Shown: piece after piece, positions 51,854-61,616 of the stretch
Layout of the letters: each line of letters starts with the position of its first letter
Position numbering within the stretch: the stretch's first letter is position 1
Source: Bacteroidia bacterium
GTDB lineage: Bacteria > Bacteroidota > Bacteroidia > Palsa-965
Reading direction: 5' to 3'
DNA length: 64,000 nt
NCBI GenBank assembly: GCA_039918435.1
Contig: JBDSHN010000057.1
Span: 7,244 to 71,243 of the forward strand
Made by a program: the position numbers and the translations under genes
Notes under the pieces: model-generated
The model's input: the letters and a program-made list of their open reading frames with translations, nothing else
Told to the model about the DNA's origin: nothing
The model's database searches: none

Positions 51854-53114
51854 AATCGTCTGCTTTCGCAGAATTGTTTCGGGTAATAATCAGATCCTGC
51901 TCCTCTGCTTTTCCACGACCTCGGTAAGCCAATACAAAGCAGAGCATACCAAGTGTAATGCAAAAAGCAAAAAACAAAAGTCCGATTCCATCTGCTTTTG
52001 TTTGTGTGATAAAGTTCATACACATCGCAAGAGCAGGAAGCAGCACCAGCAATGCGCCGACAAACAAAAGAAAAACTGTTTTCGGTGTGATTGGAACTCT
52101 TCTCACAAGATTTGTAAGAATAAAGAACCGTGAATTGAGAAAAAATACGCCCTTCCGGTTCTTGTGTTTTTCTTCAGCAAAGAATGGCCAGATGATAAAA
52201 TACCAGACAACAAATATGAGTGAGGTGAAAATAATTGCCATGCGCATGTAATCGTTCATCTGTGTATAACGCGTGATGAACCCTTCGAAAAAAGCTGCCA
52301 GGAAAAAGAATGGAATTAAACCAATACCGATTTTTAAAGCTTCGCGCGCACCACGCATAAACGAAACACTGCGCGGCCAAGCACCTGGAAACCAAAGTCC
52401 GTTCCCCAGTGCCATTCCTCCTGCGCCGGCAACAATGATACACCATATTTCAATCGTTCCGTGAATCCAGACTGTTAGTGTTGCTTCCCGCGCAAATCCG
52501 TGCGAGACTAAAAAATAAAAAAATGCGCCGAGCATTACGCCATTTGTAAACTGCAGGTATGCTACGCCGATCCATCCCAAAACACCAACAACAATGCACA
52601 GCAATGCCACACGCGAATTATTCAATGCGATCTGCAGGAACATAAGGAATTGATTTTCTCCCTTGTAAACGCCAAGCGGATCGCCATCTTTCATGCGGTT
52701 AAGCGTTTCATCCACGTAATTATCACCGAGAATGATCCGCACAAAACCTTCATCATGCTGCGCAGAGATAACACCGATCCACACAGCAACCGCGAAGATC
52801 ATGAATACGATGAAGAGGTTCATGCGGTGTTTTGCCATGATGCGAGGCAACTCGTTGGTCCAGAAAGTAATGATGCGGGAACGTTTTTCTTTTTTGTTCT
52901 TATAAATTTCCTGGTGAATTTGTGCGGCGAGATCGTTGAGGTATTTTTCCGTATTTGACCCTGGATAAAAAGTGTGAGCCCAGGAAAGATCATCGGTGAT
53001 TCGCACAAACAGGTCGGCGAGCGCGTCGGGATTATTGCGCTCGTTGGAGTTCAGCAGTGCTTCAAACTGCAGCCACTTTTCATGATTTTGTTTTAGGAAA
53101 GTTATTTCCTTCAT
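51822..53114 (-). CDS. Stage II sporulation protein M (DUF95) family membrane protein
   Basis: MKEITFLKQN..KW, DDLSWAHTFYP, NGVMLG, WIHGTIE; start ATG 53114. Confidence 0.88.
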   Translation of the reverse strand: MKEITFLKQNHEKWLQFEALLNSNERNNPDALADLFVRITDDLSWAHTFYPGSNTEKYLNDLAAQIHQEIYKNKKEKRSRIITFWTNELPRIMAKHRMNLFIVFMIFAVAVWIGVISAQHDEGFVRIILGDNYVDETLNRMKDGDPLGVYKGENQFLMFLQIALNNSRVALLCIVVGVLGWIGVAYLQFTNGVMLGAFFYFLVSHGFAREATLTVWIHGTIEIWCIIVAGAGGMALGNGLWFPGAWPRSVSFMRGAREALKIGIGLIPFFFLAAFFEGFITRYTQMNDYMRMAIIFTSLIFVVWYFIIWPFFAEEKHKNRKGVFFLNSRFFILTNLVRRVPITPKTVFLLFVGALLVLLPALAMCMNFITQTKADGIGLLFFAFCITLGMLCFVLAYRGRGKAEEQDLIITRNNSAKADDYERSASTTKI

Positions 53115-53249
53115 AATTGTGCCCGAGGGGTCGGATAAACGGTTCACGAATATACGAAATCCTTAAGGGGAACGAATTAAGAATTCAACATGATTTTACA
53201 ATTTCAGGATACCCAAATTCAGAAGGGGAAAAGTAAATCAAATTAAGGT

Positions 53250-53705
53250 TTAAGCCGCCTGGAACTTATGCACCTTCATCAGTATCTCATCCACATTACT
53301 TTTTATCAGCGGTTTACTGAAAAATGCCAGGACATTATTTTCAGACATAATGTTTACCTTGAGTTTTGGATCAACCGAATTTGATAAAACAATAAATTCA
53401 CATTTATTTTTCAGACCCGGATGCATTTCTCTAAGTTTTTCCAGGAAATCAGCGCCTTCCATGCCTGGCATGTGGAGATCGAGAAAAATATAGGCTGGCA
53501 TTTCATTCTGTGTATCGGCTAAATAGTCAAGCGCGTGAATGGGATTTTCATAGCTCATTATCCTGTCTGACAATCCATAACGTTTCAACATTTTTTCGTT
53601 GACGAAATTGTCTATTTCACAATCGTCTACAAGCATTACCAAAGGGCCACGTTGTGTAACAACCGGCTCCTCATTTTCTTTGTAATTCTTTTTAAGTGTC
53701 AACAT
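53250..53705 (-). CDS. Stand-alone response regulator receiver protein
   Basis: LVDD, FLDLHMPGMEG, SKP. Confidence 0.9.
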   Translation of the reverse strand: MLTLKKNYKENEEPVVTQRGPLVMLVDDCEIDNFVNEKMLKRYGLSDRIMSYENPIHALDYLADTQNEMPAYIFLDLHMPGMEGADFLEKLREMHPGLKNKCEFIVLSNSVDPKLKVNIMSENNVLAFFSKPLIKSNVDEILMKVHKFQAA

Positions 53706-53915
53706 TGGAGGGGGTATTAGTTATTGCTGTAATTATTGACACAAATATAAAGCACACATATTCCAGGTGAAATCCATTTCGCTTCGATTTAATACGGATG
53801 TAAGATTCCGGCGTAAAATGATCAGGGTTCAGGTTGATTTCATTATCCTGTAAGGCCTTCTTACTTTTCTAAGGGACGAGCCGGAACTTTGTATATTCGT
53901 ATTAAATATTCCTCC

Positions 53916-54668
53916 ATGTCAGACCAGGCAAAAGTATTAACCACGCAAAACGTTTTCATCAATTACCAGGTGGCAAATATTGGCGAACGCCTGCTTGCGA
54001 GATTACTCGATCTTGTTTTTTTCGCTGTCTACCTGTTCATTGCATCATGGATAATGGGAACTGTGATAAGTGGAATGGATTTCAGCAATATGGCGAAATT
54101 CACTATGTTAATGTGGCTGTTGATTCCGCTGCCGGTGCTGACTTATACATTATGGTGCGAGCCGTTATTCAATGGTCGTTCTTTCGGTAAGCTCATCATC
54201 GGATTAAAAGTGGTAAAGTCGAATGGCACTCCTGCCAGTATCGGTGATTCTGCTTCCCGCTGGCTGTTGCGTTTGATTGAAGGTGAAGCCGGATTATTCA
54301 CCTGCCTCTCACTTCCTGTAGCAATCATCAGCGGAAAAGGACAGCGCCTAGGTGATATGGTGGCAGATACGATTGTCATTAAAACAAAACAGAAAACGAG
54401 CCTCCGTAATACAATTCTGCAGCAGATCAATCCGCAATACCGCGTTGTATTTCCGCAAGTCGCTTACCTCAATGACCGCGACATGAATATTATCCGCGAT
54501 ATTATGCAGCAATCTTTCGACACCGGAAATTATTCTCTGCTCGAATATCTTGGCAATAAAGTAAAAGCGATCATGGGCGTTTCTCCTCCGCCGTATCAAT
54601 TGCCAACCATGCAATTTTTGAATATTGTGCTGGCTGATTACGCGCATTATAATTTTGAAGGGAAGTAA
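53916..54668 (+). CDS. RDD family membrane protein
   Basis: GERLLARLLD, GRSFGK, QRLGDMVADT; start ATG 53916. Confidence 0.92.
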   Translation: MSDQAKVLTTQNVFINYQVANIGERLLARLLDLVFFAVYLFIASWIMGTVISGMDFSNMAKFTMLMWLLIPLPVLTYTLWCEPLFNGRSFGKLIIGLKVVKSNGTPASIGDSASRWLLRLIEGEAGLFTCLSLPVAIISGKGQRLGDMVADTIVIKTKQKTSLRNTILQQINPQYRVVFPQVAYLNDRDMNIIRDIMQQSFDTGNYSLLEYLGNKVKAIMGVSPPPYQLPTMQFLNIVLADYAHYNFEGK

Positions 54669-54674
54669 AAGAGC

Positions 54675-55331
54675 TTAAAAATAAATTTTAATAAATATTT
54701 TTTTTATTGTGCCGTTTTTTTCCAAAGCCTTTACTTGTAATTTGAGTTTTTCAGAGCGTTTGGAATAAAATATTTTCGAATGAACTTTTTTTACGTATCC
54801 GATTTGGTGCTCTCCCCTGAATATTTTTACAGCATACTTATCATAATCATTTTCTGGCTCTTTTTCAAAACGTAGTTCGTCTTCTATGGTAAGTAAGTCA
54901 GTCGAAAGTTTTAAATGTGAAACAGCCGCTAAATCTGTGATAAAACATAAATTCTTAACTGGATGAAAATCTGCAAGTAATTCAAAGTTATCTGTAGGTA
55001 CCAAACCCATAGTATGGGCTAATAAATACAGCTTTTCTTCCTTGTACTTATAGTCAATTTCCCAAAAATCAAGGAAAGCAGAAATATCCTGTCGTTCCGA
55101 TTTAATTATTCTTTGCCCGAAAACCTCTAAAACATTTTCAGTGTATATTTTATCCAACTCAGGGAATTCTGTATATGCTGAAAATCCCTGGGCCTTAGCC
55201 AGCTCTATTTCCTTAGACCTATATGAAAATGTTGTGCCTCCTGTTGCAGAAGACTTAATTACGCCAACTATGAAACGTCGATGTCCAGGACCTCGGCGCC
55301 AACTTAAATAAATATGACCAAATTCTCTCAT
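54675..55331 (-). CDS. HIRAN domain protein with HipS/HipA-N-like N-terminus
   Basis: N-terminal IYLSW...IVGVI...TFSY; C-terminal LRFEKEPENDYDKYAVKI...IGYV. Confidence 0.8.
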   Translation of the reverse strand: MREFGHIYLSWRRGPGHRRFIVGVIKSSATGGTTFSYRSKEIELAKAQGFSAYTEFPELDKIYTENVLEVFGQRIIKSERQDISAFLDFWEIDYKYKEEKLYLLAHTMGLVPTDNFELLADFHPVKNLCFITDLAAVSHLKLSTDLLTIEDELRFEKEPENDYDKYAVKIFRGEHQIGYVKKVHSKIFYSKRSEKLKLQVKALEKNGTIKKIFIKIYF

Positions 55332-56371
55332 TTTAATACTTCAACGAGTAAACCAATACGTAAAGATACCGTCTTTAAAATGAATTCTTTTCTATCCACA
55401 GATAATTTGCACCCTGCAAATTTCTTAGGTAGATCCTTATCAACAACGTCAAGAATGTGCTTAAGTTTTTGACTATCGTAATTTATTCTAATTCTGCTTA
55501 TTGTTTTTAAAACTTGTTCGGGGTAAGATTCTTTAATCTGTTTAATTAAGTCGAAGTGCCTAAGCTTTTTATTTTGCCAATGTATTTCAGCAACGCCATC
55601 TTTAACATACTTTAGTAGTCTGTCTTCATTAGTTAGATACGTTTGAATTTGCTGTTCTGAAAGTTCGCGTCCCAGACTACTTCCATTATCATAAATTGGC
55701 GCAAAAGACTTTATTTTGCTAAAGAATAATTTAGCGCGATGTCCGTCAGAATTTAATTTATCTGATCCATTTTCAAAAAGGCGTTTTCTGAGAAAGTTTT
55801 GAATTATTTTGGGAAGGTTTTTGATACTCTCAGGATCCAATGTGACTTTTAATGATTTTTCAAAAATTGAAGATTCACTAATAAATGCCCAGTTTTCCTG
55901 ATGACGATCTCCATTCCCAATAACAGAATCAAATATTATTATGTCTATTAGATTGGGTAAATACTGATCTAGATCAAACTCTTTTAAACTAATATTAATC
56001 AATTCAAAAGTATAATGTTTTCTTCCTTCTTTTGTCTCTGGATTGAAAGTATTGTCAAAAGCCTGCAAGAATTTTCCGCCCTCCTTTAACTCTTCATTAG
56101 GTAGATGCATAGACTTAGATAAGCAACCGATATTACTTGCGTCATAGCCTAAATGATATTTAAGAATTTCGAAACCAAGGATTTCACCTAATTGACAAGC
56201 GATAATTTCCGACCAAAATTCAAATTTATAATCTCTTCCAGGCTTAAAAAACGATTGTTTAAAATAATAAAATTCACCAATAGAGTTAGACACAATTTTT
56301 TTATTCCTCGTGCCCCCGGTATTCAGCCAAAATTGCTCGCTCCATTCTGTGATATCAAATATTTCATTCAT
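55328..56371 (-). CDS. HipA-like (CtkA-type) Ser/Thr kinase
   Basis: GGTRNK loop, YYFK, WSEIIA, FDSVIGNGDRHQENW, FAPIYDNGSSLG. Start ATG 56371; the longer ORF-track N-terminus spans the rne terminator. Confidence 0.85.
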   Translation of the reverse strand: MNEIFDITEWSEQFWLNTGGTRNKKIVSNSIGEFYYFKQSFFKPGRDYKFEFWSEIIACQLGEILGFEILKYHLGYDASNIGCLSKSMHLPNEELKEGGKFLQAFDNTFNPETKEGRKHYTFELINISLKEFDLDQYLPNLIDIIIFDSVIGNGDRHQENWAFISESSIFEKSLKVTLDPESIKNLPKIIQNFLRKRLFENGSDKLNSDGHRAKLFFSKIKSFAPIYDNGSSLGRELSEQQIQTYLTNEDRLLKYVKDGVAEIHWQNKKLRHFDLIKQIKESYPEQVLKTISRIRINYDSQKLKHILDVVDKDLPKKFAGCKLSVDRKEFILKTVSLRIGLLVEVLK

Positions 56372-56433
56372 AAAACTATTCTCTGATTCAAAACTAATAA
56401 AGGTGTAAATCAAATCCTGCTTATTGAAATAGA

Positions 56434-56467
56434 CAAAGTCCCGAACCTTTAAGAATTCGGGACTTTG
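56434..56467. terminator. Terminator hairpin after rne/rng
   Basis: caaagtcccgaa ... ttcgggactttg perfect 12-bp stem. Confidence 0.75.
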
Positions 56468-56541
56468 CTTTTCATATTGTATCCTTAAAATCGTACATCG
56501 TATTCCTACATCGTACTTCAAATCATGAATTCTTAAACCCC

Positions 56542-58104
56542 TCAAATCTTAATTTCATCTTCATTTTTATTGAGAAAATGATATTCAAGAAACTGGTAAG
56601 AGGTAACTGGTTTTATTTTGATGCCTCTTCCGAATTTGCGTTTCCATTTCGAAAGCTGGGAATCGAGATTGAAAACTTTTCCTTTGGTGAGGAATGCTTC
56701 AATGTATGGATGAACACAAACGGAAACTGATTTTTCGCCCTGCTCTTTCATAATGTAACGCAGGTTATTTTCAATATTATCGATCAATAAAATACTTGCC
56801 TGCACTTCTCCTGTGCCGCCGCATGTCGGACATTTCTCTTGTGTATCAACTGCGGTTTCAGGACGAACGCGTTCACGGGTAATTTGAATGAGCCCGAATT
56901 TGCTTGGAGGAAGGATAGTATGCTTAGCACGATCGAGTTTCATCTCATCACGTAGCTTATTGAAAAGTAATCTCCTGTTGTTTGGCGAATGCAGATCAAT
57001 AAAATCGACTACAATAATTCCGCCCATATCACGCAGGCGTAACTGGCGTGCTACTTCAACAGCTGCTTCAATATTTACATCAAGCGCATTTGTTTCCTGG
57101 TCGTTGGAAGATTTCGAACGGTTACCGCTGTTCACATCAATAACATGAAGCGCTTCGGTGTGTTCAACGATCAGGTAAGCTCCGCTTTTCATTGTCACTG
57201 TTTTGCCAAACAGCGCTTTCATCTGGCGATCTACACCAAATGCTTCGAAAATCGGTTGAGGTCCTTTGTGGAGCTTTAGAATTTTTTCTTTGTCAGGCGC
57301 AATGGCCTGGAGGTATTCTTTAATCTCATCGTGCATACGGCCATCATTAATATGAATGGCTGCGAATGACGCATTAAGTAAATCGCGGAGGATTGCGGAG
57401 GTGCGATTAATTTCTCCAAGTACGCGTGCCGGTGGCTTTGACGTGGTGAGCTCCTGGAAACAAGTGTTCCATTTGCCTACAAGGTCATTCATATCAGCGT
57501 CGAGGTCAGCTACTCCTTTTCCTTCAGCAACGGTTCGCACAATCACGCCAAAATTTTTGGGCTTGATGCTCATGATCAAACGCTTTAGTCGTTCGCGTTC
57601 TTCATGGCTCCTGATTTTTTGTGAGACCGAAACTTTGTCGGCAAAAGGAATGAGGACGATGTATCTTCCTGCAATGGAAATTTCTGAAGTAATACGCGGG
57701 CCTTTTGTAGAGATCGGCTCTTTTGCAATCTGGATGAGCACTTGCTGATCTGATTGAAGCACTTCAGTAATTTTTCCTTCTTTTCTGATGTCGGGCTCGA
57801 GCTTGAAATATGCCAGGGCGGCATTTTTCTGCTTTTGCGTGATGGTCATTCGCACAAATTTATTGAGCGATTGCACCTGTGGACCGAGATCGAAATAATG
57901 CAGGAAAGCGTCCTTTTCATAACCCACGTCGACGAATGCGGCATTAAGCCCCGGCATCACTTTGCGTACGCGTCCTAAGTAGATATCGCCGACTGCGAAC
58001 TGGGAGTTGGTCTTTTCGCGGTTAAGCTCGACCAGTCTCTTCTCGTTCATCAGGGCAATCACCACCTCGGAGCCAGAGGCATCGATGATGAGTTCGTTTG
58101 ACAC
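56542..58104 (-). CDS. Rne/Rng family ribonuclease
   Basis: S1 domain GDIYLGRV, KEPISTKGPR, IDVNSG, LRDMGGIIVVDFID, CPTC. Confidence 0.96.
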   Translation of the reverse strand: MSNELIIDASGSEVVIALMNEKRLVELNREKTNSQFAVGDIYLGRVRKVMPGLNAAFVDVGYEKDAFLHYFDLGPQVQSLNKFVRMTITQKQKNAALAYFKLEPDIRKEGKITEVLQSDQQVLIQIAKEPISTKGPRITSEISIAGRYIVLIPFADKVSVSQKIRSHEERERLKRLIMSIKPKNFGVIVRTVAEGKGVADLDADMNDLVGKWNTCFQELTTSKPPARVLGEINRTSAILRDLLNASFAAIHINDGRMHDEIKEYLQAIAPDKEKILKLHKGPQPIFEAFGVDRQMKALFGKTVTMKSGAYLIVEHTEALHVIDVNSGNRSKSSNDQETNALDVNIEAAVEVARQLRLRDMGGIIVVDFIDLHSPNNRRLLFNKLRDEMKLDRAKHTILPPSKFGLIQITRERVRPETAVDTQEKCPTCGGTGEVQASILLIDNIENNLRYIMKEQGEKSVSVCVHPYIEAFLTKGKVFNLDSQLSKWKRKFGRGIKIKPVTSYQFLEYHFLNKNEDEIKI

Positions 58105-58257
58105 GGTTAGATTTTTTTATAAAATGTATAATAGCACAAAAATCCCATCGCTGTTATGCGGCATGGGCTGTGCGTTTCAGGATGATGGGAAGAGGGAGAA
58201 AGGTGTGCATTTAAGACGCGTTTTTGAAACGCGCCTTAAATAAAAGCACAGCTTATT

Positions 58258-58347
58258 CTATTTCTTCTTGTGGCGGTTCTTACGAAGACGTTTTTTCCGC
58301 TTGTGGGTTGCCATTTTATGGCGTTTGCGCTTTTTGCCGCTTGGCAT
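58258..58347 (-). CDS. Small basic ribosomal protein bS22-like (AURKAIP1/COX24 domain), 29 aa
   Basis: MPSGKKRKRHKMATHKRKKRLRKNRHKKK*; below ORF-track size cutoff; hairpin at 58209-58241 downstream. Confidence 0.88.
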   Translation of the reverse strand: MPSGKKRKRHKMATHKRKKRLRKNRHKKK

Positions 58348-58396
58348 AGTTGTAATGCTTTATTGGTTAATACTAATTATTCTTTACTCTCTGCCA

Positions 58397-59257
58397 TCAT
58401 TTTGGTTCCGGCACGTGAGCGCGAAGTCTGCGAATTGCATTCTCCACGTCATTTTTTGTCAGCGGATCAGTTTCGATCTGCACATATTGTTCGAGATGAT
58501 CGATCGCTTTCGCGGTATCACCCAATTGTTCTAAATACACTTCTGCAATGTTCAGATGCAACCCGTAATAATCCGGTCGCAAACGAAGCGCTCTGCTGTA
58601 TCTCGCAATCGCTTTATCAGGCGCATTCCTCTTGAGAGAAAACTCTGCCAGTTCCAGCTGTGCGTTTACATTGGTCGAATCAATCGAATCAACCTGCAGC
58701 AACATCGTAATGCCTTTCATCGGATCATTTGTTCCCTGTACAATGCAGGAAGCAAGGCCAACTTTTGCATCGAGATTTTTAGGCTCAAGCTCAATTGCTT
58801 TTGTGTAACAGCGTATCGCTCCATCAAACAAGGCCGCAAGATTATGTTCATCCTGCTGAAATCCCGCAGCGACCCTGTAACGATCACCTGCCTGTTGCCA
58901 GTCTGCACCCGAGCCATTGTTCTTAATCACTTTCTGCTCCGACAACCATGCGGCATAAACATATTCTTTGTTTATACCGAGATACCGGATAATGGAATCA
59001 TACATCTGTCCGCGTCTGACGGCATCACGATTGGTGTTGATGGCGCCTTCAATTGCGTTTACCTGTATGAGTACATCCGACTTCATGCCTTTTCGTGCAT
59101 TAGTGATCTGATCCTCGAGTGTATGGCCGGATTCAATTTCCTGCGTTACTGCAGGCGTATTGTCGACGGTCGATACTGTACTTACAAAACTTAAAAGAAC
59201 GGTACTGATAGCCGCCAAAAGTATCACGATCCATTTGGTTACGGATATTCTGCTCAT
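58397..59257 (-). CDS. Membrane-anchored tetratricopeptide repeat protein
   Basis: YTKAIELEPKNLDA, YSRALRLRPD TPR signatures. Confidence 0.88.
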   Translation of the reverse strand: MSRISVTKWIVILLAAISTVLLSFVSTVSTVDNTPAVTQEIESGHTLEDQITNARKGMKSDVLIQVNAIEGAINTNRDAVRRGQMYDSIIRYLGINKEYVYAAWLSEQKVIKNNGSGADWQQAGDRYRVAAGFQQDEHNLAALFDGAIRCYTKAIELEPKNLDAKVGLASCIVQGTNDPMKGITMLLQVDSIDSTNVNAQLELAEFSLKRNAPDKAIARYSRALRLRPDYYGLHLNIAEVYLEQLGDTAKAIDHLEQYVQIETDPLTKNDVENAIRRLRAHVPEPK

Positions 59258-59273
59258 CGGCTATTTATTAAAA

Positions 59274-59564
59274 TCAGGAAACCTTGACATTCTTTTTTAC
59301 CCGGTCCACAAAAGTTTTAGCGGGTTTAAAAGCCGGAACATTATGTGCCGGGATAATCACGGTTGTGTTTTTTGAAATGTTGCGGCCGGTTTTTTCTGCT
59401 CTTCTTTTAACCACAAAACTTCCGAATCCACGGAGGTAAACGTTGTCTCCTTTTGCAAGTGAATTTTTGATCACTTTCATAAATGTTTCAACGGCAGCTT
59501 GCACAGCTACTTTCTCAACTCCGGTTTTTTCTGCGATCTCGTTGACTACTTCTGCTTTTGTCAT
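59274..59564 (-). CDS. HU/IHF family DNA-binding protein
   Basis: MTKAEVV...VYLRGFGSF...GRNI...PAFKPAK. Confidence 0.95.
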   Translation of the reverse strand: MTKAEVVNEIAEKTGVEKVAVQAAVETFMKVIKNSLAKGDNVYLRGFGSFVVKRRAEKTGRNISKNTTVIIPAHNVPAFKPAKTFVDRVKKNVKVS

Positions 59565-59692
59565 CTTCTAAGCTATTTACTTTCAAGTGTTTAACATCCC
59601 ATTAAAGCGGGTTTCAGGGCTGCAAAATTACTCATTTATCCCTAACACCAAAATTTCCCAGTAAATTTATCTTCGGAACAACCACAATTTCA

Positions 59693-60745
59693 ATGGATTT
59701 CGGTGCAATTATCATGTCTTGGTATGTTAAAAACAAGCGGGATCTGCCGTGGCGGAAGACCCAGAACCCCTATAAAATATGGCTTTCTGAGATTATCCTC
59801 CAACAAACCCGGGTGCAGCAGGGTCTTCCTTATTATTTTTCATTTATAAATAAATATCCTGACGTAAAAAGCCTCGCCGGGGCCGCAGAAGACGATATTT
59901 TGAAGCTTTGGCAAGGTTTGGGGTACTATTCCAGGGCCAGAAATCTGCATTCTGCTGCAAAAATGGTGGTTAATGACTTTAATGGTGTTTTTCCTGCTAC
60001 ATATATAGAACTGAAAAAGCTGAAAGGCGTGGGAGATTATACTGCCGCAGCTATATCTTCCATCTGTTACAACGAGGTTCAGGCAGTTGTAGATGGAAAT
60101 GTGTACCGCGTTTTATCCCGTATTTACGGAATTGACACACCTATTGACAGTACTGAAGGAAAAAAGCTGTTCAATGATTTAGCAAACTCGTTGATCTCTG
60201 AAAAACATCCGGCTGATTTTAACCAGTCGATCATGGAATTCGGCGCCATTCAATGTGTTCCGAAAAATCCGGCGTGCGAAATATGTCCGTTCTTTTTGCA
60301 TTGTGAAGCACGAAAGAAAGATCTTATAAATGTGCTTCCCGTCAAATCAAAAAAGACAAAAGTCACTGATCGCTTTTTTAATTATCTCGTGCTGCATCAT
60401 AAGGGAACTATTTATCTCAAACAAAGAAGCGGTAATGATATCTGGAAAGGTTTGTTCGATTTTCCATTGATAGAAACGGATACACCTGTCAATGAAAAAC
60501 AATTGATGCGAAATAAAGAATGGGGTGCTTTATTCAAAGATTCATCCGCCGCGGCGTACAAAATTCAAAATTATTCCGAAGAGATAAAGCATATTCTAAG
60601 TCACCAGCGATTGCATGTGCGGTTTGTTGAAATTCATCTGGAGAAAAAAATGAACGTGAAGGAATGGCTTTCTGTTAAAGAGGAAGAGCTGAAGAAATTT
60701 GCTGTTCCGGTTGTGATTGCCAATTACATTGCTTCAAGAAAGTAA
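59693..60745 (+). CDS. mutY: A/G-specific adenine glycosylase
   Basis: WLSEIILQQT, LKGVGDYTA, VDGNV, CVPKNPACEICPFFLHC. Confidence 0.97.
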   Translation: MDFGAIIMSWYVKNKRDLPWRKTQNPYKIWLSEIILQQTRVQQGLPYYFSFINKYPDVKSLAGAAEDDILKLWQGLGYYSRARNLHSAAKMVVNDFNGVFPATYIELKKLKGVGDYTAAAISSICYNEVQAVVDGNVYRVLSRIYGIDTPIDSTEGKKLFNDLANSLISEKHPADFNQSIMEFGAIQCVPKNPACEICPFFLHCEARKKDLINVLPVKSKKTKVTDRFFNYLVLHHKGTIYLKQRSGNDIWKGLFDFPLIETDTPVNEKQLMRNKEWGALFKDSSAAAYKIQNYSEEIKHILSHQRLHVRFVEIHLEKKMNVKEWLSVKEEELKKFAVPVVIANYIASRK

Positions 60746-60753
60746 TCCGTTTT

Positions 60754-60853
60754 CAGTTGTAGTTATCAGTTATAGGTAGTAATTTACTTCGTGTAGATGA
60801 CATTCAATTTTTGCTGAATGCTGACAACTGACCTCCAGCAACTGACAACTGAC
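60754..60853. repeat. Facing 7-bp period repeats between mutY and ssb
   Basis: tcagttg/tcagtta units versus ctgacaa-ctgac units. Confidence 0.6.
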
Positions 60854-60915
60854 TTTTCTGTTATCTTTGTCCTGAAACAAACACTCTATACGTTCATAAC
60901 TAACCCATTTTAAAA

Positions 60916-61446
60916 ATGCCAGGCGTTAATAAAGTAATTCTGATTGGGAATCTGGGGAAAGACCCGGAAGTGCGTTACCTCGAAGGCGGAATAGCTGTTG
61001 CGAATTTTCCGATTGCTACTACTGAATCTTTCCGTGATAAAAACGGAAATAAAAATGAGCAAACCGAATGGCACCAGATCGTTTTGTGGCGCAGACTTGC
61101 TGAAGTAGCAGAAAAATACCTGCGAAAAGGTCAGATGGTTTACCTGGAAGGAAAGATACGCAGCCGCACATGGGACGATAAAGACGGCAACAAACGTTAC
61201 ACAACAGAAATTTTCGGCGATGTGCTTACCATTCTTTCACGCCGTGAAGATCAGCCCGGTTACCAGCAGCGTCCTGCAACTCCTTACGGACAAAATCAAA
61301 CGGGAACAGGTACAGAAAAAACATATACTCCAAATCCGCAGCAGCAGGCTTACCAGCAGCAGCAGCAAAATGTAAATATTAATCCGGAAGAAAATCCGAA
61401 TCATCCTGCGATACTTCCTGATTCACCGGATGATTTGCCGTTTTAG
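60916..61446 (+). CDS. ssb: Single-stranded DNA-binding protein
   Basis: [15 protein letters not shown] ... DDLPF. Confidence 0.98.
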   Translation: MPGVNKVILIGNLGKDPEVRYLEGGIAVANFPIATTESFRDKNGNKNEQTEWHQIVLWRRLAEVAEKYLRKGQMVYLEGKIRSRTWDDKDGNKRYTTEIFGDVLTILSRREDQPGYQQRPATPYGQNQTGTGTEKTYTPNPQQQAYQQQQQNVNINPEENPNHPAILPDSPDDLPF

Positions 61447-61507
61447 GCTTCGATACATCCCGCTCGAAAAATGCGGGCCACTACAAACGGCTTCAAATAA
61501 AATCAAA

Positions 61508-61539
61508 GATCCTGGTTCGAAAGAGTCGGGATTTTTTTT
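61508..61539 (+). terminator. Terminator after ssb
   Basis: atcctggttc-gaaa-gagtcgggat followed by T run. Confidence 0.75.
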
Positions 61540-61616
61540 CGTGTAATGATTTTGGCAAGTTCAAAGGTTTTGAAGCATATGCAAAAGGCATTCATTTATT
61601 TGGTATCTTGTAAACT

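Noticed and set aside
56372-56545. 58-aa N-terminal extension coupling the kinase to rne
   Set aside because: It runs through heptamer repeats and the terminator hairpin; ATG 56371 gives a normal kinase start.
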